Part shown: positions 56,742 through 64,000 of the stretch, piece by piece | How positions within the stretch are numbered: the first letter of the stretch is position 1 | Layout: every line of letters begins with the position of its first letter | Assembly (NCBI GenBank): GCA_001777515.1 | Contig: MFEF01000003.1 | Coordinates: 53,423-117,422, forward strand | Direction of reading: 5' to 3' | Source: Candidatus Doudnabacteria bacterium RIFCSPHIGHO2_01_48_18 | GTDB taxonomy: Bacteria > Patescibacteriota > Doudnabacteria > UBA920 > 2-01-FULL-46-14 | DNA: 64,000 nucleotides | The notes under the pieces: model-generated | The model's input: only the letters and a program-made list of their open reading frames with translations | The model's database searches: none | Told to the model about the DNA's origin: nothing | Program-made: the position numbers and the translations under genes

Positions 56742-58024
56742 CTGACTTTGAAAACGTCGCTGATAGGCTTACCGGCGAGGTTTTGGCGAAGCTGCTTAGT
56801 GATTAAAAGGCGCTTGAGCTTTGTAAAGACTTTTTTGTAAGCCGCAAGTATCCCATCGAGGTCTTCTTTGCTATGCGCATAGGACATATTGTGTGAGCCG
56901 CTCCACAAGAAACCCGCTTGCAGTATTTCCTGCTGAATGTAGGTTTTGATCTCCAGGGGTTTATAGCCATAGCCTTCAGAAAACAAGAACAGCTGCCACG
57001 ATGGATGCCCAGTGAGCCTGATAACATCGCCAAGGCCTGTATCTGCGATAAGTCTGCGGGTATGCTCCTGCAGATACTCGCCTTTCCTGCGAACCTTTTC
57101 GATCACGCCTTTGCGCTCGATTTCCTTGATGGTGGCAATCGCAGCGGCCAGCGAGAGAGTCTCGCCGAGATATGAACCGGAAAAGAAGATATCATTGACC
57201 TTCTCCATGTATTTCTTTTTTCCCACGAGGACCGAGAGGGGCATCCCGTTAGCAATAGATTTGCCGAAACATGCCAGATCCGGGATGACCCCAAACAATT
57301 TCTGGGCGCCACCAAGGTCAAAGCGAAAGCCAGTGATCATTTCGTCAAAAATCAGAAGAGCCCCGTGTTTATGCGCAAGATTTTTTACTTTCTGCAGGTA
57401 ATTGTCAGCTGGAAAATCAGTGTTCATTGGCTCGAGGATCACGGCCGCGACCTCATTTTTATGCTGCTTAAATATTTTCTCTAGGGATGAGATGTCATTG
57501 TAAGCAAATTTGTGGGTCAGTTTCCTTACGGCCTCAGGCACTCCAAGATATCTAGTTGTGGAACCAATATACCAATCATGCCAGCCATGATAGCCGCCGA
57601 CTGCAACATGTTCGCGGCCAGTGACCGCGCGCGCAAGACGCACCGCCGCTGAGGTCACGTCAGAGCCGGTTTTGCCGAAACGAACCATTTCCGCTCCAGG
57701 GATATGCTTGGTAATCAGCTGGGCAAGCTCGTATTCGAGAGGCGAGGGCAGCGAAAAAACAATGCCTTTGTCGAGCTGTTTTTTGATAGCATTGTCCACG
57801 GCCGGGTATTGATACCCTAAAATGATCGGCAGCAGACCATTGATCATATCCACGTATTCATGGCCGTCAATGTCCCAGACATGAGAGCCTTTCGCGTGTG
57901 TAATGAACATTGGCGCAGCACCATCAACATACACCAGATGGCTTTTGCTGAATGTTTGGGAAGCAAGCGGGATAACCTCTTTTACTTTACGGAGGAATTT
58001 GTTGCTTTTTGTGAATTTGCGCAT
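56738..58024 (-). CDS. Class-III (GSA-aminomutase-like) PLP aminotransferase
   Basis: 428 aa with AT-III fold motifs (DEMITGFR and a lysine region). Confidence 0.85.
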   Translation of the reverse strand: MRKFTKSNKFLRKVKEVIPLASQTFSKSHLVYVDGAAPMFITHAKGSHVWDIDGHEYVDMINGLLPIILGYQYPAVDNAIKKQLDKGIVFSLPSPLEYELAQLITKHIPGAEMVRFGKTGSDVTSAAVRLARAVTGREHVAVGGYHGWHDWYIGSTTRYLGVPEAVRKLTHKFAYNDISSLEKIFKQHKNEVAAVILEPMNTDFPADNYLQKVKNLAHKHGALLIFDEMITGFRFDLGGAQKLFGVIPDLACFGKSIANGMPLSVLVGKKKYMEKVNDIFFSGSYLGETLSLAAAIATIKEIERKGVIEKVRRKGEYLQEHTRRLIADTGLGDVIRLTGHPSWQLFLFSEGYGYKPLEIKTYIQQEILQAGFLWSGSHNMSYAHSKEDLDGILAAYKKVFTKLKRLLITKQLRQNLAGKPISDVFKVR

Positions 58025-58035
58025 GATTGCTAAAA

Positions 58036-58815
58036 TTAATTATTTAAAAATTTTTTATCTTCATCTAAAGCTGATTGCCAGCCCGCGTTCTGCTTGTTTT
58101 CAGAGTTGATTTGGGCGATATCAGGATTTGCCTCCAGAAATTCTACGATCTCCTGCCACCGGACAGTTCGGGCCTTATCTCCAAAATGATCGCGGATCTT
58201 TGAGAGCAGCTTATAGTCCTGAGGATAATCAAGAGTCAATCTGTATTGAGTCAATTTTCTCTCATTCTGGCAGTAATAAACCTTAAACATTTCCGGGTTT
58301 TGCCAGAAATAAAATGTCACGTGTTCCCGGTGGCTAGGAAGCTTTGCCTCTTGCCAGGCTCTTTTCAGATTTTTAAAAGAAAATACCTCAATGTCCAGAC
58401 CGTCAGGAAAGCTGTATGGCTCAAGGCTGTTGGAGACAAAATCATAATCCTTATCAAGGTAAGTCTTGATTACCTGATCGAGAAGTCGTGGATCAGAAAA
58501 TGGACAATCGCCCGTGAGCCTGACCACGACATCATCATCACCTAGGGACATACTCGCGGCGGCCTGGTAATACCGATCGAGCACATCTGTCTCGCTGCCT
58601 GCGTAATATTTTTGACCAATACTCAGTAAATAATTCACAAGGCTCTGGTCGTCTGGATTTGTAGTTGTGGCGACGAGTACGTTATCTATTAATGTCGCCT
58701 GCTTCACGCGGTCCAGCATGAAACTCAATACCGTATGCCCTTTGCCAAATGGCAGGAGGACTTTCTTGGGAAGCCTGGTGGAGCCGAGCCTGGCTTGTAT
58801 GATAACTAAAACCAT
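58036..58815 (-). CDS. Cytidylyltransferase (SpsF/PseF/NeuA-like CMP-sugar synthetase family)
   Basis: LVIIQARLGSTRLPKKVL N-terminal motif. Confidence 0.8.
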   Translation of the reverse strand: MVLVIIQARLGSTRLPKKVLLPFGKGHTVLSFMLDRVKQATLIDNVLVATTTNPDDQSLVNYLLSIGQKYYAGSETDVLDRYYQAAASMSLGDDDVVVRLTGDCPFSDPRLLDQVIKTYLDKDYDFVSNSLEPYSFPDGLDIEVFSFKNLKRAWQEAKLPSHREHVTFYFWQNPEMFKVYYCQNERKLTQYRLTLDYPQDYKLLSKIRDHFGDKARTVRWQEIVEFLEANPDIAQINSENKQNAGWQSALDEDKKFLNN

Positions 58816-59534
58816 TTGTGATAATCTATTGCGCTCGCAGTGATTCTAAATCCCGCTCCCTGATAGAGCCGCTGCGAAACAATATTTCTCCCTTCGGTTA
58901 CTACTTCGAATTTATCAAAACCTTGTTTGCGCATTTCATTCAAAAACTCTGTGAGCATAATCTTACCGATCCCCTGTCCCTGAAACTTGCGATTTACCCC
59001 AATCAATGTCAGGCTGATACCTGCGGCTGTTTGTTTGTAGCCGATGTATCCTGCAATTTTTTTCTTGTCAGCCAAAACATAAATGCCATGATCTTTTTTA
59101 CCTGACCCGAGATTTTTCATCCACTGGATATAAAGCTGATCACATGCTTTTCTGGAAAAATGCTTATCAAAATAAAACCTGCTTGCGGTATAGAGATTTT
59201 TTGAAATACGGGAAAGTTCCGGTAAATCCATTTTCCGGCATTGACGCAAGATAAAATTTGCTTTGCCAATTTTTGCTGGTCTATAACCCATATCTGTCTC
59301 AAGCATATAGGTCACCCGAAAATTGGAGAAATGAAAACCGTACTGCTCCGCCAAGTCGACAATTTTGCCATCATCAGCTGGTGCCCGGTAAAATAAACAT
59401 CTGATTTTGTTCTTTTTGCAAAATTGCAATACACGCTTCATGTCAGCGTCAGTGATACGCGAGCGGTTCAAGCGGGCAATATTGAACCCAAAAAAATCAC
59501 TGTCCCAATTAAGTTTTTCAACTAAGGCTGTCAT
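58806..59534 (-). CDS. GNAT-family N-acetyltransferase (PseH-like position)
   Basis: FQGQGIGKIMLTEFL acetyl-CoA binding motif. Confidence 0.75.
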   Translation of the reverse strand: MTALVEKLNWDSDFFGFNIARLNRSRITDADMKRVLQFCKKNKIRCLFYRAPADDGKIVDLAEQYGFHFSNFRVTYMLETDMGYRPAKIGKANFILRQCRKMDLPELSRISKNLYTASRFYFDKHFSRKACDQLYIQWMKNLGSGKKDHGIYVLADKKKIAGYIGYKQTAAGISLTLIGVNRKFQGQGIGKIMLTEFLNEMRKQGFDKFEVVTEGRNIVSQRLYQGAGFRITASAIDYHKWF

Positions 59535-60301
59535 GCTAATATTTCCTTTAATTTTTTCAGCATCAAGATGAGCTTCTTATCATCTTTGTAGTACTCCAGT
59601 GTCATATACTGCAAATTGGGACACCGTGACACAAGCTTTCTAACCATGTCCCAATCGTCGTCCTCAAGCGATTCATGGATGTCCTTGGCGAGTGTTTCAT
59701 TTTTGTCGGGGCGGCTGATGTGCATCTGTATGGCGCGGTCCAGGTTTAATCTTCCTAAATAATCCTCCAGTGCGATCTTTTTGTTAATGGCAGTGATTTG
59801 CGCGTGCGCCATATCCAGTAAGAATTTCATATCAAATTCAGACATCAGTTTATTTAGAAACTCAGGTGTGGTGACGATCTCATATGCCCCTGTTGGGTAA
59901 TAGTTGGTATTTTCTACGCCTTTTTGAAATTTGCGCCCAACTGCCGTCTCTAATTTTTCTAGATTTCTGCGGGCATTCCCTATGAGTTCTGATTCCGCAA
60001 GCTTTTCGCCCGAGGGCACGAACATGTCATCCTCAATCGGCGGCTTGAAGTAGCAAGAGTTAACATGAAAAGTCACCAGCTGCGGATTGTTACTGCGAAT
60101 TATATTGGCAATTTTTTCGACTTCTTCCGCAGACCACACATCCACAACACTCCAGTCACAGTGATATATGCGCGGCAAATCGCTCTCGATCGGGTTTGAG
60201 TATTCTCTCAGCTCCACAACGTCTGATAGCTCCAAAATCTCTTTCTGCAATGAAGAGTTGTTAAAGAGTTTTGAGATGGGAGTAGCAATCTTTGGCTTCA
60301 T
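59531..60301 (-). CDS. Hypothetical protein, possibly a xylose-isomerase-like TIM barrel
   Basis: 256 aa with weak VEN.../LLDMAHA motifs. No confident assignment. Confidence 0.35.
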   Translation of the reverse strand: MKPKIATPISKLFNNSSLQKEILELSDVVELREYSNPIESDLPRIYHCDWSVVDVWSAEEVEKIANIIRSNNPQLVTFHVNSCYFKPPIEDDMFVPSGEKLAESELIGNARRNLEKLETAVGRKFQKGVENTNYYPTGAYEIVTTPEFLNKLMSEFDMKFLLDMAHAQITAINKKIALEDYLGRLNLDRAIQMHISRPDKNETLAKDIHESLEDDDWDMVRKLVSRCPNLQYMTLEYYKDDKKLILMLKKLKEILA

Positions 60302-60317
60302 AATCCTTGCTAGATAT

Positions 60318-61151
60318 TTACGTTTCCCGGCGATAAATCCTGATCGGTTCCTCCACTGGGAGGGATTTGATTTCGCCGTTTCCCAGCATGGTTTCCAGCT
60401 GGCGGATTTTCTCTACTAACTCCTTTATATCTCCGCCGTCAGCCGACATGCTGTGGTCAGCTCCGCTTCTCGTTTTGTCAGTAGTAAAATGCTTTTCAAT
60501 GATCCTAGCACCAAGCGCTACCGCGTACACGCACGCCTCAGCGCCTAGCGTATGGTCCGAATATCCGACTGGGCAGGAATAATTTTGCAGCAGAGAATTG
60601 ATAATGTTCAGGTTGACCTCTTCTTTTGGCGCCGGGTACGACGACACACAGTGGAGAATCGCGTACTCGGTCCCGTATTTTTCAAAAATCTTCACTGCCG
60701 TGTCAATCTCCTCGCGGCTTGCCATGCCCCGCGAGATGATCGTTGGTGTGCCGGTTTTGGCCACAGCCTCGAGAAGCACCTTGTTAACGATATCAAACGA
60801 GGCAATCTTCATCAGCGGCACCTCAAGGCTCTGTAAAAACTCTGCCGCCTCAGGATCAAATGGCGTGGAAAAAAACATTAAGCCTTTTTGGTCTGCGTAC
60901 TCTTTGATTTTTCGCTGCTGGTCATAAGAAAGCTCGCGCTGTTTCAGACCCGCAAAAATCGGAGAATCAGCTTTGGCCCGCTTTTCCGCGGTATAGGTTT
61001 GAAATTTGATCGCGCTTGAGCCAGCCGCTTTCGCTGTGTCCACCATTTTGAAGGCGAGATCAAGATCGCCATCATGGTTAATGCCAGCTTCCGCAATAAT
61101 AAATGTTGGCTTGTTCCGGCCGATATTCAATTCTATAAATTTTTTTGACAT
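60318..61151 (-). CDS. NeuB-family ulosonic/nonulosonic acid synthase (second copy; PseI/LegI/NeuB-like)
   Basis: PTFIIAEAGINHDGDLDLAFKMVDTAKAAGSSAIKFQ signature. Confidence 0.85.
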   Translation of the reverse strand: MSKKFIELNIGRNKPTFIIAEAGINHDGDLDLAFKMVDTAKAAGSSAIKFQTYTAEKRAKADSPIFAGLKQRELSYDQQRKIKEYADQKGLMFFSTPFDPEAAEFLQSLEVPLMKIASFDIVNKVLLEAVAKTGTPTIISRGMASREEIDTAVKIFEKYGTEYAILHCVSSYPAPKEEVNLNIINSLLQNYSCPVGYSDHTLGAEACVYAVALGARIIEKHFTTDKTRSGADHSMSADGGDIKELVEKIRQLETMLGNGEIKSLPVEEPIRIYRRET

Positions 61152-61190
61152 ATGCTTAATTAATCGTTTTGAGACAAGAAATTGGCAAAA

Positions 61191-61958
61191 TTATTGATTA
61201 AGTGTGAAGCCGCCGTCGATAACAATATTTTGCCCTGTAATATAGCCTGAATCGTCTGAGGCCAAAAAACAGACTGTGCCAACCAGGTCATCAGTATAAG
61301 TCATGCGCTTCATCGGCGTTTTTTCCAGAAAATTATCTATGAATACTTGTTTCTGGTTATTAAACACTCCGCCCGGACTAATCGCGTTGACAGTAATGTT
61401 ATGCTCGCCGAGATAAGCGGCTAGATATCTAGTCAGCTGAATAATCCCAGCTTTGGTAGCCGCATAAATATCAGAGCTGTTGCGGCCGGAATCCCCATAG
61501 ATCTTTTTGTCAGCAGGCACAACTCCATACATTGAAGCAGTATTGATGATTTTGCCGCTCTTGATTTTGATCATTTTGCGGGAGAAGATTTTCGAACAAA
61601 GAATCGTGCCTTTGATGTTGACCTTCATCACATTGTCTATTTCCTCTTCAGTACGCTGCTCGAACGGCGTGAAAACCGCGATACCGGCATTGTTGATGAG
61701 GACACCCACATCGCTAGCCTCGGCAGCGCATGCTTCGACCGATTTTTCGCTCGTTACATCGAGTTTTATGTATTTATAATCTGCAAGTCCTTTGTCAGCT
61801 AGCGCTTTGGCAAAATCGTTATTTATTTCGTCCTGAATGTCAGTGATGTAAACAAATGCTTTACTCTCCAGCAAAGCCGTCACGAACGCCTGACCAAGCT
61901 GGCCATTGGCTCCAGTAACAAGAATTTTCTTACCTTTTAGATCGTATTGGTTCTTCAT
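61191..61958 (-). CDS. Short-chain dehydrogenase/reductase (SDR)
   Basis: TGANGQLG motif plus YAATK. Confidence 0.85.
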   Translation of the reverse strand: MKNQYDLKGKKILVTGANGQLGQAFVTALLESKAFVYITDIQDEINNDFAKALADKGLADYKYIKLDVTSEKSVEACAAEASDVGVLINNAGIAVFTPFEQRTEEEIDNVMKVNIKGTILCSKIFSRKMIKIKSGKIINTASMYGVVPADKKIYGDSGRNSSDIYAATKAGIIQLTRYLAAYLGEHNITVNAISPGGVFNNQKQVFIDNFLEKTPMKRMTYTDDLVGTVCFLASDDSGYITGQNIVIDGGFTLNQ

Positions 61959-61963
61959 GGTGG

Positions 61964-62497
61964 TTATGAATTAGGATTAAATTTTGCTAACCGAACTTCA
62001 TCCATAAAACCATCCCTGCTCCGACTATGTTCTTTTAAAACCGCTTCTTCATGAAAACCGTTTTTCAAAAAAGCTTTGATTGACCCCTGGTTCGCGCTAT
62101 AAGCTCCGGCAATGATCTTGTGAAGCCCCAATTTTTCAAAACCATAATCACTGATGAGTCGGATGGCTTCCGTGGCAAAACCCTGACCCCACGAATCTTT
62201 GTCTCCGATCATGATGCCAATCTCGCCGCGGCTGTGACCAGCATGCACTGGTCCGAGTTTGATAGTACCTATCATTTTATCGCTATCTTTTCTGACAATC
62301 GCAAAAAAATATGTGTTTGACTCAGCATTGCGGTCCGCAATATATTGCTTAACGCTCTCCATGGTGTGCGTTTGAAAACGGCTTTCCATGTACTGGTTGA
62401 CCTCAGGGTTGTTTAACCAGACGGGGTACTCTGCTGTAGCATCATCATCAGTCAGCGGCCACAATTTTATTTTTTCACCGTCCAGGGTCACGTTCAT
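61964..62497 (-). CDS. GNAT-family N-acetyltransferase (RimL-like)
   Basis: 177 aa with a GNAT core and WGQGFATEA motif. Confidence 0.8.
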   Translation of the reverse strand: MNVTLDGEKIKLWPLTDDDATAEYPVWLNNPEVNQYMESRFQTHTMESVKQYIADRNAESNTYFFAIVRKDSDKMIGTIKLGPVHAGHSRGEIGIMIGDKDSWGQGFATEAIRLISDYGFEKLGLHKIIAGAYSANQGSIKAFLKNGFHEEAVLKEHSRSRDGFMDEVRLAKFNPNS

Positions 62498-62499
62498 AA

Positions 62500-64000
62500 T
62501 TAATTATTCTGAATAATATTATACGTTCTAAAAAAATAGGAATTCTTGTCCGCCAGCAGCGCTTTTGGTTCTCCCTGCTCGACCAGTTTGCCGTTTTCCA
62601 GAACTAAAAGTTTATCCGAATCCATAACCGTTGATAAACGGTGCGCGATAGCCAGAACTGTTATCCTGCCTTTGAGGTTTTTGATAACCTTTTGAATCTG
62701 CGCCTCGGATTCGTTATCAAGCGAGCTGGTCGCTTCATCGAGAATCAATATCTCTGGTTTGCGGGCAAGGACGCGCGCAAGCACAACGCGCTGCCGTTCT
62801 CCACCGGACAAACGAACACCGCGTTCGCCAATCACGGTGTCGTACCCTTGCGGCAAACTAAGAACAAAATCGTGGATATTGGCCATGAGAGCTGCTTTTT
62901 CTATTTCTGTCTTAGAAATATTTTTATTGTAAAATCTGATATTATTTTCGATTGTGTCGTTGATGAGGAAAATATCCTGGGAAACGTAGCCAATTTTCTT
63001 GCGCCACTCCGCAAGCGAAATCTCGGAAATATTTCGCCCATCGAGCAATATTGCGCCGCTTGTAGGCTCAAACAAGCGCAGAAGCAAATCAACAAGAGTT
63101 GTCTTTCCCGCGCCGGAAGGACCAATCAGTCCGATAAGCGATCCTCGCTGGATAACCAAGTCTACGTTAGACAAGACGTAAGCGCTGCCGTCATGAGCAA
63201 ACGAAACATCATCAAATCTCAATTCCCTAGCAAACTCAAATCCGCCTCGTCCGCTGTCTATTTCTGGATTGGTATTGGCTTTAGTCTCATAATGCAGGAC
63301 ACTCTGCACGTGCGGTGAAAAATCGCTTACGGCGTGAGCGATGCGTTGAACCTGCTGAGAATAAACGAACATGCGCTGCACAAGGTAAACAATGGCGATC
63401 AATACCGCGAGATTGAAATCGGGGCGCTGATACGTAGTCGCAAAAATCAAGGACACAAATATAACAGCAATCGGTTCAGTAACCGCGTTGGTTATGCTTT
63501 TTAGAAACGGGACTTGCAGTGTTGAGAAACGAAGCTTACGAAAAATGCCGCGGCCTTTACTCGCGACTTCGGCTGCCACATACATAGTTTTTACAGTTTT
63601 GACGCCAAAGATGTTTTCTGATACATGGTGCGCGCTTTCTTTCATGTGCCTGTTGCGCTCGATCGCCAGAGTATTGATGCGTTTCAAAAATGGCCGGAAC
63701 ACAAAAAACAACAAAGTTCCCAAACCTAAGGTCATGAGGGTTATCGGCGCTGAAATGTTAAAAGCAAAAAATACATAAATCAGCAGTCCCGTGATCACCA
63801 TAATTCCGCCAGCAATTTGCTCCAAGAACTTCGCGCTAGTCGGAACATCGATCGCAAGAATAGTCTCCAAAACTCCGAGTTTTTGTCGCATGAGGTGAGT
63901 CCAGCTAGAGTTAAGAACCTTTTCAAACAGCCGGGCCCTCGTCTGCTCTTCATAATCTGTGGTAATGCGGATCTTCAAATAGTCAATCAAAATCGTCAGC
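62500..64000 (-). CDS. ABC exporter, fused TMD-NBD (MsbA/PglK-like flippase-type). The N-terminus lies beyond the window edge.
   Basis: TM helices followed by Walker A GPSGAGKTT, signature LSGGERQR and Walker B ILILDEAT. Confidence 0.85.
   Translation of the reverse strand, partial: LTILIDYLKIRITTDYEEQTRARLFEKVLNSSWTHLMRQKLGVLETILAIDVPTSAKFLEQIAGGIMVITGLLIYVFFAFNISAPITLMTLGLGTLLFFVFRPFLKRINTLAIERNRHMKESAHHVSENIFGVKTVKTMYVAAEVASKGRGIFRKLRFSTLQVPFLKSITNAVTEPIAVIFVSLIFATTYQRPDFNLAVLIAIVYLVQRMFVYSQQVQRIAHAVSDFSPHVQSVLHYETKANTNPEIDSGRGGFEFARELRFDDVSFAHDGSAYVLSNVDLVIQRGSLIGLIGPSGAGKTTLVDLLLRLFEPTSGAILLDGRNISEISLAEWRKKIGYVSQDIFLINDTIENNIRFYNKNISKTEIEKAALMANIHDFVLSLPQGYDTVIGERGVRLSGGERQRVVLARVLARKPEILILDEATSSLDNESEAQIQKVIKNLKGRITVLAIAHRLSTVMDSDKLLVLENGKLVEQGEPKALLADKNSYFFRTYNIIQNN

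Noticed and set aside
1-64000. CRISPR arrays, rRNA genes, integrases or transposases
   Set aside because: No regularly spaced direct repeats with unique spacers were found. No rRNA-like conserved stretches were seen. No ORF has integrase, recombinase or DDE motifs. The MITE-like element therefore has no cognate transposase in this window.

Overview
This 64-kb window looks like it comes from a small-genome, probably monoderm, uncultured bacterium. The cues are a type IV pilus locus with PilM/N/O but no secretin, a MacAB-like pump with no outer-membrane partner, frequent leaderless-looking starts and roughly 47% GC. These are inferences from the sequence, not database hits. Contents, left to right:
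(i) A housekeeping block: typA/bipA, tRNA-dihydrouridine synthase, an RsuA-family pseudouridine synthase, an M23 peptidase, a coiled-coil/lytic-transglycosylase fusion, a MacAB-like ABC pump, zwf and a short-form 6PGDH, a ZIP transporter and holA.
(ii) Four tRNAs on the minus strand: His-GTG, Arg-TCT, Lys-CTT and Arg-TCG.
(iii) A 98-bp MITE-like structured inverted-repeat element present in four 100%-identical copies, each flanked by TAAA.
(iv) A small accessory islet at about 14.3-17.5 kb. It holds a YozG-like XRE regulator with a DUF2975-like membrane protein, three paralogous ~70-80-aa coiled-coil proteins sitting next to tRNAs and a MITE, and an overlapping acidic/basic two-gene module.
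(v) A complete monoderm-type type IV pilus/competence-pilus operon at 23.6-31.5 kb (PilB, PilC, two prepilins, a PilX-like protein, PilM, PilN, PilO-like). It is immediately followed by a Wzy_C (O-antigen-ligase family) + TPR membrane protein and a WbaP-like initiating phosphoglycosyltransferase.
(vi) A ~28-kb all-minus-strand glycan cluster at 36.3-64 kb. It encodes GDP-mannose 4,6-dehydratase plus a DegT aminotransferase (a perosamine-like branch), two NeuB-family ulosonic-acid synthases, two CMP-sugar cytidylyltransferases (one fused to a KdsC-like HAD phosphatase), a SIS isomerase, SDRs, GNATs, a class-III aminotransferase, a carbamoyltransferase, a methyltransferase, GT2 and KpsC/S-like transferases, and an MsbA-like ABC exporter.
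Most interesting hypothesis: (v) and (vi) together form a pilin/surface-protein O-glycosylation system that builds a heavily decorated nonulosonic-acid glycan. Other things worth a second look are the MITE, a family of three 38-bp palindromes tied to a PaaX-like regulator, a compact promoter-sORF-terminator unit, and a structured ~300-nt leader.
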